A stretch of 62,956 nucleotides of DNA, the filler included, from Octopus bimaculoides (taxonomy: Eukaryota), in NCBI RefSeq assembly GCF_001194135.2. It is 7 parts of 6 records of this genome, joined end to end, with 100 filler letters (N's around TTAATTAATTAA, not from the genome) between each part and the next. Parts side by side here need not be neighbours in the genome. Positions count along the whole stretch, not along the records: positions 1 to 24,690 come from NC_068988.1; 6 more parts are not named here. The stretch is one strand, 5' to 3'. The notes under the pieces were generated by a model. That model was given only the letters and a program-made list of their open reading frames with translations. It was not told where the DNA came from and did no database searches. The translations under genes and the position numbers were made by a program. Within the stretch, counting starts at the first letter, position 1; each line of letters begins with the position of its first letter. Below are positions 1 through 11,962 of this stretch, in pieces.

Positions 1-125
1 GTACTTATTTTATCGACCCTGAAAGAATGGAAGGCAAAGTCAACCTCGGCGGCATTTGTACTCAGAACGTGGAGATGGACGAAATTCCGCTAAGCATGCT
101 AACGATTCTGCCTGCTTACCGCCTT
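1..125 (-). mobile_element. SINE family A (aaggcggcgagctggcagaatcgttag...ctttcatcctttcggggtcgataa)
   Basis: Reverse complement of many copies in the window. Confidence 0.8.
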
Positions 126-247
126 ATGACTGAAAAACTATTAGTAAACTGTCGTATTTTTACTTAATAATTTTAAAAGATTTGTTTTTTGTCAACTGAA
201 TCTTGCTAACATTTCTTCTTTATTTTGCTTTATATTGTTGGAAGCGT

Positions 248-622
248 GAAGGCGCAATGGCCCAGAGGTTAGGGCAGCGGACTTGCGGTCATAGGATCGC
301 GGTTTCGATTCTCAAACCGGGCGTTGTGAGTGTTTATTGAGCGAAAACACCTAAAGCTCCACGAGGCTCCGGCACTGGATTGTGGCGAACCCTGCTATAC
401 TCTTTCACCACAACATTCTCTCACTCTCACTTCCTGCTTCTGTTGTGCCTGTAATTCAAAGGGTCAGCCGTGTCACGCTGAATATCCCCGAGAACTACGT
501 TAAGGGTACACGTGTCTGTGGAGTGCTCAGCCACTTGCACGTTAATTTCACGAGCAGGCTGTTCCGTTGATCGGATCAACTGGAACCCTCGACGTCGTAA
601 GCGACGGAGTGCCAACAACAAT
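248..622 (+). mobile_element. tRNA-derived SINE family E (~375 bp, CAA tail)
   Basis: tRNA-like head with A-box (tggcccagaggttagg) and B-box (ggtttcgattc); near-identical copies at 48870 and 53680. Confidence 0.85.
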
Positions 623-697
623 CGTTGGAAGCATTTCTAATTTTAATTCGTTTTATTTTACTGTATATATTTTCACATAACGTTATTTTATTCCATA

Positions 698-1290
698 AAG
701 GCGACGAGCTGGCAGAATCGTCAGCATTCCGAACGGATTGCTTAACGGTATTTTTCCGACTATACGTTCTGAGTTCAAGTTTCGCCGAAGTCAGCTTTGA
801 GTTTTATCCTTTCCGGATAGATAAAATAAGTATCAGTCAAATACTGAGACTCGATTTGATCGATTTACCCCTACCCTAAAATTTCTGTACCAAGATTTAA
901 GACTGTTGTTAGAAGGTGCGAGTTGGTGGAATTGTTTGCACGCCGGACAAAAGGCATAGCGGCATTTCATCAGTCTTTATCATCCGGGTTCAAATTCCGC
1001 AGATGTTGACTTTGCCTTTCATCCTTTCGGGGTTGATAAAAGAAGTACCATTTGAACACCGGGATCCATGAAATTGACTAGATCCTTCCCCTAAAACTTT
1101 TCAGGTTTCGTGACTATAGTAGAAAGAATTATTTTACTTCATTACAAGGTAGCGAGCAGGCAGAGTATTAGCGCGTCGGAAAAAAGTACTTTGCAGTATT
1201 TGTTCTGGCACTTTACGATCTGAGTTCAAATGCCATCCAGGTGAACTTTATCTTTAATCCTTCCGGGATCAATACAATAAAATAAGTAGG
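698..1290 (+). mobile_element. Three consecutive SINE family A copies (~698-890, ~913-1130, ~1145-1290)
   Basis: Each has the gcagaat head and gagttcaa...ctttcatcctt core; variably diverged. Confidence 0.75.
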
Positions 1291-3118
1291 ATGAGGACCC
1301 TGATAAGCTGGATGAGAGAAGATTTGGAGGAGACTGACCGGATGCAATGCGCACTGCAAAGGTGGAGGCTTTCTCAATTAGGTTACTACTCAAGAAGCCA
1401 TCATTGTCGTGAAATGGAGGAAAAGCTGGTTCCGTAAATTTAATGAAGATTCTTTTGACAATGGACCAAAAGAATTGACTGCAGTTTAGGAAGCATAAAG
1501 ACCTAAGGAACGTGTGATGCACGAACGCATCCTTTACAGACTGGGTCGCATTCACCTAGTTTTGTGAGAGAGTAAGATATATCAGGCGTTATAGGTCTTG
1601 TATTTTGTTTGAGCAGCAGCAGTACTGCTTTTAGTGAACTGCAAAGAGTACTTGTGACATTGAGTTTTTGTTATATGTTGGAGATAGAAGGATAGACCTA
1701 AAAGGATTGTGATGGGAACGTAAACAAGCCAACACCGGTTCTCAAGCGGTGATGGAGAACAAATACAAACATAGAGACGGACAGATAAACAGATATACAA
1801 CAGGCTTATTTCAGTTTCCTTCAACCAAACCCACTCACAAGGGTTTAGGCGACCCGGGGCTATGGTAGAAGACACCCCGAAATATTGAAATACAAGATAA
1901 ATATACAAACCATCGACTTGTATTATTATTATCTATAACTGTTTGAGATTTTAAAAAATTAAACACCCACCTTCCATACACACACACGTACGTATACCTG
2001 TGTGTGTGTGTGTGTGTGTGTGTTGAGTACTACTGAGAAGTGATGACCCTTTTGAAATTCTTTCACCCTTCCCCATAAAAATCCCTTCTTGTAATTACAC
2101 CTAACACAGTTTGATTCTTCAAATCCAATCTCTTCGTCCTGCCACTCACCTAGTGCCCCCACTATTTGATTATTTTCTCCTCACTGCCTTTCACCTCGCG
2201 TTCGATCGTCCTCACCGTCTCTCTACCTTTCATTCTCTTACCACCTTGTTCTCTCTTAATAACATTCCACTACCAACGCCACCACCATACACATTATACT
2301 TCTTCGAAAACTGGGTAAATAACTCCCCACTTCCCTTCTGCTCTCTCACTCCCTCCTGTTCTCTCACTCCCTCCTGTTACGCCCTCATCTTACATCACTC
2401 ATTTAAACACGTTCAAGGAAGACTGCAGGTTGACCGAAACTGCAGTTTGCTTTGGACGGCATAGACCAATCCAAGGGACATCACTCTGGAAGGACTCAAC
2501 CTTATATTTCATAATGTACACGCTTTACTTAACCTTGATGTTTATATATATATATATNNNNNNNNNNNNNNNNNNNNNNNNNNNNNNNNNNNNNNNNNNN
2601 NNNNNTATACATATATATATATATATAACGGGAGGTTTTCTTTCTCAAAATTATTGCAATGATCTAACTATTCTATCGATCTAATCATATAGGTGGACAA
2701 TACGTCTTGTGGCATTTGTTCCAGCTCTTTATGTTCTGAGTTCTCTGGCAGCTTTAGTAAACATGTTTGTATCTATGGGATAAGATGGTGTCATGTAAGG
2801 TTATGGGAGACTGTTTTTGAATTCTCCTATGAAAATTCCATGATCAGTATGTAGTGCCTTGTCAAAGAAGTCACTAGCGGTTGTTTGTTGAGTTGATGAT
2901 GTGAAGAAGAATGGAATAGGACTGGTACTTAGTCAATTAACAAGGGAATAGTGCAAATAGTGTGTCTACCAGAACTTAAATAACTGAAACAGAAGGTCTT
3001 TCAACCAATTTTGATTTTAATCCTGATTGTAGTGTGAAGTAAGCAAAAATAACAAGGGTTTGGAAATTCTAAAATTTTCTCCTCCTTTTAATCATATTAA
3101 TTTTCATATATTTTACAT

Positions 3119-3290
3119 CCTCATCATCATTTAATGTCCATTTTCTATGCTGGCATGGGCTAGATGGTTTGACAGGATCTGTCAAGCCACAGGACCATGT
3201 CAAGCTCCAATGTCAGCTTTGGCATGTTTTCTACAGCTGGATGTCCATCCTAATGCCAGCCATTTTACAAAATGTTCAGGCTGCTTTTCT
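3119..3290 (-). mobile_element. Old, diverged RTE-type 3' end copy
   Basis: catcatcatttaatgtccattttctatgctggcatggg...ctacagctggatgtccatcctaatgcc. Confidence 0.65.
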
Positions 3291-4618
3291 TTTTTTTTTT
3301 TTTTTTTTTTTTTTTCATGCAAATGGTGCTAGCGAAGTTGCCAGACATGAAAAGAACAGGAAGAAGGAAAATGGGGAAAAGAGGAAAAAGCCTTTTCAAC
3401 AAAATTGAGGTATTAGAATTTGAGAGGGAAAGGAAGGTCAATGGTTCTATGCCAGGTGTTAAGAGGCTAAAGTTTTATGGAAGAACAAGCCCAGGTGTCT
3501 TGCAATAGAGATGCAAGCTACCCTGCATTATATAAGAATGGGTAGAAATAGCTGGAAAGAAGATAGAAATGGTGGTCTGTATACAGTTTCTACAATTTGT
3601 TGGAAAACCCTACAAGAAAAGCATGCTGTAAGGAGAGTACTATACAGCATCAATTCCCAACTGAAGCCATTTCACCATGCACTTGAGAAATGTGTGAATG
3701 CCTCAACTTCTCATTTTCCTTCCTTGACATATAGGGATAAGCTTGTTTTCGGAACAGTAGTCAGTTGGATTCCTCATCCATAAATTGTGGGGGTTTTTGT
3801 TAAGTTTTTTTTCTTCTTCTTTTATTATCTCTTTGTTACCTCATCATAGAATGACCTCTGAGAAGGTTGATCTTATTTACCGGCGTCTTCATCCTTTTCA
3901 CATCAACCCAGTTGAGGCACCTCTAATGTTACCATAAACAAAACCATCAGTTTTAAAAGATTCATTTTTCCATTAAAACCTTCTACCATAATTTTATGCA
4001 AAAAAAGAACCCTTTTTGTTAAATTATATACCAGACATCAGTTTTATGACAAAAAATAAATTTATTAAATTATTGATCGTTTTCAAAATTGATTGAAACA
4101 AATTATGTATTTCATTAGAAATGTTAAGAAGGGGTTAAGTAGAGATGATTTGCAAAGCTTCAATAATCTTCAGTGTTCCATAAACTATAGATTTCAAAGT
4201 AATTCCCTCTTCACCGCATTACCAACAACTTTAAGAGAGGTTGTATCAAGTCACTGATTAAGTTGGGCTTTTTTTAAAGTTGTCTCCCTTGTCTTCTTTA
4301 GTATTAAACTAATAGAATACCCGAGCAGCAAATGACGGAGATATCGTTCAAAAAGGTACACGATGAAAATTGATAACAAAAGTATGAGGAGGCAAATAGA
4401 AATGCTCAAGTCATAAATATAATTTTCTTATTGCCCTGTTACTAACAGGGAAACAGGAAAATTATATTTATGACTTCCATAATACTATACAAGTATAATT
4501 AACTGCAAAAATCCTTGAAGAGCAACATTTCTTATAAAGAAACAAGAAGACACTATCACACCTTTGCCTTCTGAATTATCAATCTCTAATTTCAAATTGT
4601 TCCTATTTTTTTTGTTCT

Positions 4619-5683
4619 GCTCTAGTTAGTTCTGTTTGTTTTTAGTATTTGCAAGTTCATTCTGCTCTCTTCTTTGTCTCATTATGCTTAACTAATATTT
4701 TAATATTCATAAATTCTTTTGACTCACCATGCATTGCAACATTTATAAGAGATTTCTTTGTCATTATTGTAGCTTGAGCAGTTCTGAGGTAAGATGCCAC
4801 CATATTATAGACTAATGACACTCAAGTTTGGTTTTTTGTTTTGCATAAAGCAATATAGAGTTAGCCATAGCTAACTCTATACCTGGCTTTGGCAGGTATA
4901 CCTGAAACAATGCCAAATAATTTACCCTGAGATTTAAAAAGACCTCCTTCAGTCATGAATGACCATGGGATTGCACCTAAAAAGTTCCCCTCCAAGACAC
5001 AAGTTTGGGCAAGGTTGTTTATAGAAGACTAGCAGTCACCCATGCATACCAGTCTCCTCTCTCCAAGGGAAATGCAAAGGCCAATACAACTTGGCACCGG
5101 TGATGTCGCAACTCATTTCCACAGCTGAGTGAACTGGAGCAACATGAAATAAAGGTTCTTGCTCAAGAACACAACATACAGCCCGGTCCATGAATTGAAC
5201 TCATTATCTCATTATTGCGAGCCCAATGCTTTAACTACTGAGCCATGCATCCTGAGATTTATAGTCATCGCAAATGAAGGGATAACAAGGAACTGCCTCC
5301 TTTTCAAAGTAAAACGTAATGACATATCACATGGCATTAAGCATTATGGGACAATGAAGATAACAGAATGAACTTTTGAATAATAAAAAAAATTAACACA
5401 ACAACTCTAGCAAGTAAGTGGAAACCTTGTTTGAAAATTTGTAAAGATTTTTATTGGTCTTAGTGGGAAAAAAATCAAACCAAACTTAAGTGTCATTAGT
5501 CTATAGTATGGTGGCAGCTTACCTCAGAACTGCTTGAGCTACAATAATGATGAAGAAATCTCTTATAAATGTTGCAATGCATGGTGAGTCAAAAGAATTT
5601 ATGAATATTAAAATATTAGTTAAGCATAATGAGATAAAGAAGAGAGCAGAATTAACTTGCAAATACTAAAAACTAACTAGAGC
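4619..5683. repeat. Inverted duplication, arms 4619-4834 and 5477-5683
   Basis: About 9 mismatches plus one 9-nt indel by hand count. Confidence 0.9.
4945..5253 (-). mobile_element. tRNA-derived SINE family F
   Basis: The - strand begins ggatgcatggctcagtagttaaagc...tgtgttcttgagcaag. Related + copies at ~18990-19260 and ~46820-47040. Confidence 0.65.
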
Positions 5684-5954
5684 TGTTGTTAGAGCGAGAA
5701 AGAAGAGATGCTGTTGGATAATTTAGAAAACTTCAAACTCTTACATTAAGTATTATGAGATAAAGAAAATGGCAGAAAGAATTTTCAAATACAAAAAAAT
5801 AAACAGAACAACTCCAGCTCGTGTCGAAAGAAAGTAAATCTTATAAAGTGGAACAAACTCAACAGCCTCAAAACAGTTAAATGTAACTCACATAAAAAAA
5901 AGTTTAAATATAAAGACACTTAGCAGATTATATATATATGTATATATATATATA

Positions 5955-7115
5955 AAGTGTAGTATATTGCCACTTAAGTGTGGCTGACCCCTAGGGGTGG
6001 ATGTTACTGTTGCTTTTAGCCCCAGGAAGACATCTCCTCCAGCTGGCTTATCGACACACGACTGTGTCCTGTTTGCCAAGGGTAGTTATCCCTCTCACCA
6101 ACATCTGCAGCACGAACGGATCCGGATTTCAGGGTTATTTCCCTTCGTCGGCGTCCGATAGCGGCTGACCTTGGTGAGAGAGACAAAAACCTGGCAATCT
6201 TATATCTTCTNNNNNNNNNNNNNNNNNNNNNNNNNNNNNNNNNNNNNNNNNNNNNNNNNNNNNNNNNNNNNNNNNNNNNNNNNNNNNNNNNNNNNNNNNN
6301 NNNNNNNNNNNNNNNNNNNNNNNNNNNNNNNNNNNNNNNNNNNNNNNNNNNNNNNNNNNNNNNNNNNNNNNNNNNNNNNNNNNNNNNNNNNNNNNNNNNN
6401 NNNNNNNNNNNNNNNNNNNNNNNNNNNNNNNNNNNNNNNNNNNNNNNNNNNNNNNNNNNNNNNNNNNNNNNNNNNNNNNNNNNNNNNNNNNNNNNNNNNN
6501 NNNNNNNNNNNNNNNNNNNNNNNNNNNNNNNNNNNNNNNNNNNNNNNNNNNNNNNNNNNNNNNNNNNNNNNNNNNNNNNNNNNNNNNNNNNNNNNNNNNN
6601 NNNNNNNNNNNNNNNNNNNNNNNNNNNNNNNNNNNNNNNNNNNNNNNNNNNNNNNNNNNNNNNNNNNNNNNNNNNNNNNNNNNNNNNNNNNNNNNNNNNN
6701 NNNNNNNNNNNNNNNNNNNNNNNNNNNNNNNNNNNNNNNNNNNNNNNNNNNNNNNNNNNNNNNNNNNNNNNNNNNNNNNNNNNNNNNNNNNNNNNNNNNN
6801 NNNNNNNNNNNNNNNNNNNNNNNNNNNNNNNNNNNNNNNNNNNNNNNNNNNNNNNNNNNNNNNNNNNNNNGATTGCCAGGTTTTTGTCTCTCTCACCAAG
6901 GTCAGCCGCTATCGGACGCCGACGAAGGGAAATAACCCTGAAATCCGGATCCGTTCGTGCTGCAGATGTTGGTGAGAGGGATAACAACCCTTGGCAAACA
7001 GGACACAGTCGTGTGTCGATAAGCCAGCTGGAGGAGATGTCCTCCTGGGGCTAAAAGCAACAGTAACATCCACCCCTAGGGGCCAGCCACACTTAAGTGG
7101 CAATATACTACACTT
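5955..7115. mobile_element. Long-TIR (foldback/DNA transposon) element with unresolved centre
   Basis: ~247-bp inverted arms (5952-6198 and 6871-7118) with 3 mismatches by hand count; TA on both outer sides; centre is an N gap. Confidence 0.65.
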
Positions 7116-7160
7116 TATCGTGCAGTTACTGTTAATACTTCATTTAGAGAATTAACATTG

Positions 7161-7197
<37 letters not shown>

Positions 7198-7808
7198 GGA
7201 TGCAAGAGAGAAGTGTCTTAAATAATTGAAGTTATTTCATTACATCAGATATGTTAAAACTTCACTATGCTTATAACAGGAATACTTCCTCAGGATGGTC
7301 AAGAAATAATTTAATTCTGTCGAGGAGTTACTTTCTTCTGAGTAGAAAGATGTATTTCTGATTCATAACAAGCACTACTGTTTCCCCACACACACCTCCA
7401 CCTCATCCTGTCAGCAATTGGCAGAAATGATAAAATGTCACAAACCATGTCCGTAACAATGACCATAATATTAATTGTAAATATCCTTTTACAGTATATC
7501 TCCTTTTATGTAAATTAATAAATTAAATGTTTCTCTCCGAGCTAAAATGCCTTTCAAGATATATAACTAAGTATTAAAATAATAATAAACTAACTATTTG
7601 ACATAAAAGATAACTAAAATAAGGTTAAGTGAGGTCAAGTAGTTAGACTCAAGTTAATAAAGGAAAACAACAATGTGAGAGGGCACACTTACACTTCAAT
7701 ATATATAACAAATACAAACATATTAGTCTGCTCATTCCACCTGTGTATACACATAAGTGTAAATCATACATACATAAATATACTTGCATATATTTGTGTA
7801 CCTTATAT

Positions 7809-8071
7809 CAGGGGTTTACAAGGACAAGACAGGGGGTCCGTGGACAGCAAATACTTATTATGGGCAATTTGATTTTATATAAGTTTTTTAATCGAAATCT
7901 TTTAATTGACAATAAACCTATTTGTTAAATACTGTTGAATAAATAAATGTAAAAATATGTTATTTTAAGCAAATATTTATGTATAAATTTCATAAGCGTT
8001 TATAAGGGGGTCCCTAAGGTAAAGCCTGAAATATAAAGGGGTCTGCAGGCCAAAACGTTTGAAAACCCCTG
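7809..8071. mobile_element. hAT-type MITE
   Basis: TIRs CAGGGGTTTACAA / TTGAAAACCCCTG with exact 8-bp TSD CCTTATAT (7801-7808, 8072-8079). Confidence 0.9.
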
Positions 8072-8416
8072 CCTTATATCATCCTGTTAACAACGGACTG
8101 CCTTGATGAAGTTACCATAGTGATTGTCTTGGAGTTTTTATGGGAGAACAGGAAAGTGTTTATTCCCATGCTTTCTTTCAAGTGTTTATTTACATCATCT
8201 TGTCAGTAGTAACTGCCAAATCTGAGGAGAGGGCAAAAGAAAAATCTACTCTAGTTTTTGAATGGTACATCATTTATCAAGCCAGAAAACAAGATAGAGT
8301 CAATCTTGGTGACGTCTGAACTCAGTGCACACAGAGCCAGAACAGACCATAATATCCAAATCTCTTACAACTCGGCTAATCTACTGCTTTCACATGTACA
8401 TCTACTGTTAGCTTAC

Positions 8417-8523
8417 CTCATCTGTTGTTGGATTACCATTTATGGTGCTGAATCACCAGCATTCAACAATGAGTTTCCTGCATTAACCCTATTGCACCGT
8501 GCTCCCAGTATATTGAGAATAGC
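8417..8523 (-). other. Candidate exon with stops in all frames (non-coding/UTR)
   Basis: catttag| acceptor and GAG|gtaagc donor; 107 nt; stops in all frames. Confidence 0.25.
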
Positions 8524-8776
8524 CTAAATGTAATCTTTACCGGATTCCCATTAAAGCAGTAATGAGCAATACACGTAGGAAAAGATAAAAAACTCATTGA
8601 TAATGGTTTCCCTCCATAGCTGTTTTTTACTTTTGTATTTTAATCAAACAAAAAAAAGAGGATTTTTTTTTTTTTGCAATGAAATGCATGTGTAACAAAC
8701 CCAGCATTTCATCTGGTAAATGAGCAAGGCCTAAACTCTATGGCTGAGGAAATTATTAGTGATGTTTATTCTTCAG

Positions 8777-8863
8777 CCAAAGATTTTACCCTTCTGCAAA
8801 CAGAGTAATGCAGTCAATCAAACCAGCGAAAGAGATGAGGAAAGTAGTGATTCAGGTGAACAG
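8777..8863 (+). other. Candidate + strand exon (PKILPFCKQSNAVNQTSERDEESSDSGEQ or QRFYPSANRVMQSIKPAKEMRKVVIQVN)
   Basis: ttattcttcag| acceptor, CAG|gtaatt donor; 87 nt, two open frames. No recognised homology. Confidence 0.3.
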
Positions 8864-9671
8864 GTAATTGAGAAATAGGTTTATCATTGTAATTCTGTCC
8901 ATTAGTTTGCATGCAGTGAACAAATCTATCATCCATAGATTAAGTACCAGGTTTAAAAAACAAGTACTGGGGTTGATTTGTTCAACTAAACCCTTGAAGG
9001 TGGTGCGCCAGCATGGCCACAGTCCAGTAACTGAAACAAGATCAGATTGGAGTTTGGTGTAGCCATCTGGTTTGCCAGTCCCCAGTCAAATCATCCAACC
9101 CATGCTAGCATGGAAAGCGGACGTTAAATGATGATGATAATATGTGTGTGTATATCTTTGTATATAGGCTTGTGTAGTATGCTCAAATTATTAAGTTTGC
9201 TTCATAACCAAGAGGTCCCAGGTTCAATCCTACATTTTCACATGTTAGGCATGTTATTTTCTATGGCCTCAGGTTGACCCACGACTTGCGAGTGAAATTT
9301 GGCAAACAAGAACTGGATAAAATCCAGTTAGGTGGATTGCACATGAAATTCAAGAGGTACAACCTTGTCCCATGCTGTTTCTGCTAGGAATTACATTAGG
9401 GATACAAGTGTCTGTAGAATGCTCAACTACTTAGACATTAAACTCCTTCAAAGCTTTACCCTCCATCTGGGCTTCTAAGCAAAAAAATAAATAGTTGCAT
9501 ATGCAGCTGAAGAGTAAAACTTGCAGGCAAACAAATGGATAGAATCAGAAAAAAATTCAGGAGAATAATGATAATAGGCCTATCTCTCAACCACTATATT
9601 TGTTCATTGCATGCAAACTAATGGACAGAATTACAATGATAAACCTATTTCTCAATTACCTGTTCACCTGA

Positions 9672-9678
<7 letters not shown>
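8845..9678. repeat. Inverted duplication, arms 8845-8925 and 9598-9678
   Basis: 80/81 identical. Confidence 0.9.
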
Positions 9679-9723
<45 letters not shown>

Positions 9724-10048
9724 CATATATATATATACACATAACATTTAAAAAAGAGAAGGGTAAAGATACCACTTGCTAATAGATTAAAGCGAAAGAT
9801 TAAAAAAACCACCAATTCTATGATAAATACACACACGAGCAATGTAATATTTTTAAAAATAGGTCTACCTCCAGGATGGAATTTCAAGGTAGTCTAATAC
9901 ATACTCCACTATCACATCCAGTGAAATAATCATACTTATACCTGTTTAGGTAGAAGTCTTGCTAACCACCTAATACTGTTTTTAACAGTATTAATACTTC
10001 ACATATTTACTTTAAATATATATATATATATATACACACACATACATA

Positions 10049-10260
10049 TGAGGCGGGTGCTAAAAAGTTCCTGGCTTTCGGCAAAAGAAAATACAGTTAA
10101 TTATGATTTTACTCAACATATTCCCCTCTCAGATTCACACACTCATTGCAGTAGTCATTCAGATTTTCTAAGACCTTTAAATGAACTCGGAAGGTTGGGG
10201 CCTCCAACCAGGCCTTCCGAAATACACATAAAGCCAGGAACATTCAGCTCCCCGCTTTTG
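10049..10260. mobile_element. Mariner-derived MITE
   Basis: Imperfect ~28-bp TIRs (...aagttcctggcttt / aaagccaggaac...) after a TA. The - strand encodes the mariner C-terminus CVNLRGEYVE*. Confidence 0.8.
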
Positions 10261-10284
10261 TGTATGTGTATGTATGTATGTATG

Positions 10285-10315
<31 letters not shown>

Positions 10316-10406
10316 TTATTAATGAGGGTAGAAATTGATATTAGTCAATTAAAACCAGTGGTCTAGGAGTCCACTTTTGCTGGTCATTCCTCTTATTTTT
10401 GTATGT

Positions 10407-10438
<32 letters not shown>

Positions 10439-10448
10439 TATTATTTAA

Positions 10449-10594
10449 AACAGTTTGATTCAGCTCCATGTGACATAAAGTTTTGCGAGCCTCTAACAGA
10501 AGCCCGTCTTTTCAAGCTCCATCCAGTAACCTAATCCTGAAACAGATGGGCTTTTGTTAGAGGTCCAAGTCACATGGAGCCAAATCAAACTGTT
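10449..10594. repeat. 146-nt imperfect hairpin
   Basis: Outer arms 24/26 (10449-10474, 10569-10594); inner arms 18/20 (10490-10509, 10543-10562). Confidence 0.8.
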
Positions 10595-11909
10595 ACAAAT
10601 AATACATGTAACTCTTATTAAATGAGTTGAGTGCTTTTTTTCTTTCNNNNNNNNNNNNNNNNNNNNNNNNNNNNNNNNNNNNNNNNNNNNNNNNNNNNNN
10701 NNNNNNNNNNNNNNNNNNNNNNNNNNNNNNNNNNNNNNNNNNNNNNNNNNNNNNNNNNNNNNNNNNNNNNNNNNNNNNNNNNNNNNNNNNNNNNNNNNNN
10801 NNNNNNNNNNNNNNNNNNNNNNNNNNNNNNNNNNNNNNNNNNNNNNNNNNNNNNNNNNNNNNNNNNNNNNNNNNNNNNNNNNNNNNNNNNNNNNNNNNNN
10901 NNNNNNNNNNNNNNNNNNNNNNNNNNNNNNNNNNNNNNNNNNNNNNNNNNNNNNNNNNNNNNNNNNNNNNNNNNNNNNNNNNNNNNNNNNNNNNNNNNNN
11001 NNNNNNNNNNNNNNNNNNNNNNNNNNNNNNNNNNNNNNNNNNNNNNNNNNNNNNNNNNNNNNNNNNNNNNNNNNNNNNNNNNNNNNNNNNNNNNNNNNNN
11101 NNNNNNNNNNNNNNNNNNNNNNNNNNNNNNNNNNNNNNNNNNNNNNNNNNNNNNNNNNNNNNNNNNNNNNNNNNNNNNNNNNNNNNNNNNNNNNNNNNNN
11201 NNNNNNNNNNNNNNNNNNNNNNNNNNNNNNNNNNNNNNNNNNNNNNNNNNNNNNNNNNNNNNNNNNNNNNNNNNNNNNNNNNNNNNNNNNNNNNNNNNNN
11301 NNNNNNNNNNNNNNNNNNNNNNNNNNNNNNNNNNNNNNNNNNNNNNNNNNNNNNNNNNNNNNNNNNNNNNNNNNNNNNNNNNNNNNNNNNNNNNNNNNNN
11401 NNNNNNNNNNNNNNNNNNNNNNNNNNNNNNNNNNNNNNTTGTGTATGTGTATGTATGTATGTATGTATGTGTATATATATATATATATATATAGGCTTCT
11501 TTCAGGTTCCCTCAACTAGATTTACTCACAAGGCTTTAGTCAGCCCCAGGTTGTATTAAGGATACTAACACAAGGTGAAATTGATCCCAAGACCACACAG
11601 TTGGGAAGTGATCTTCTTAACCACACACCCAACAGTTATGCCTGCACTTGCTGTCACATATTAATTTAGTGAAGTTGAAGCTATCATAATCAGTGTAGTG
11701 AGACAAGAAATATTAATTAACAATTAACTAAAATTATCCCTTCAATGAGAACCAATCATTATTGTATCGACTAACTGTTGTATACTGGACAACGCTGTTA
11801 TTGATTACACCAAAGAGGCTATGAACTTTATCTGAGGGACTAACACTTTTCAGAAAAGACAAGGGAGACAATCTATGGAATTGAAGTATAATACATAAGA
11901 GAGTCTTAC

Positions 11910-11962
11910 CTTTAGTAATAAAGTAATAACTCCAGATATGTTTCTGCCTTATTAGGCTTCAT
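11910..11962 (-). other. Candidate exon with stops in all frames (non-coding/UTR)
   Basis: tttgcag| acceptor and AAG|gtaaga donor; 53 nt; all three frames terminate. Confidence 0.25.

Noticed and set aside
248-320. tRNA gene
   Set aside because: A/B boxes are present but there is no full cloverleaf, and the head is attached to a repeated 300-bp body: a SINE head.
382-621. ORFs 382-570 and 427-621, and their homologues at 22345-22572 and 53632-53946
   Set aside because: They lie inside family E SINE bodies; the recurrence reflects the repeat, not a gene family.
1290-1560. Coding-looking purine-rich segment
   Set aside because: Stops in the frames examined and no recognisable motif; possibly a decayed TE but unsupported.
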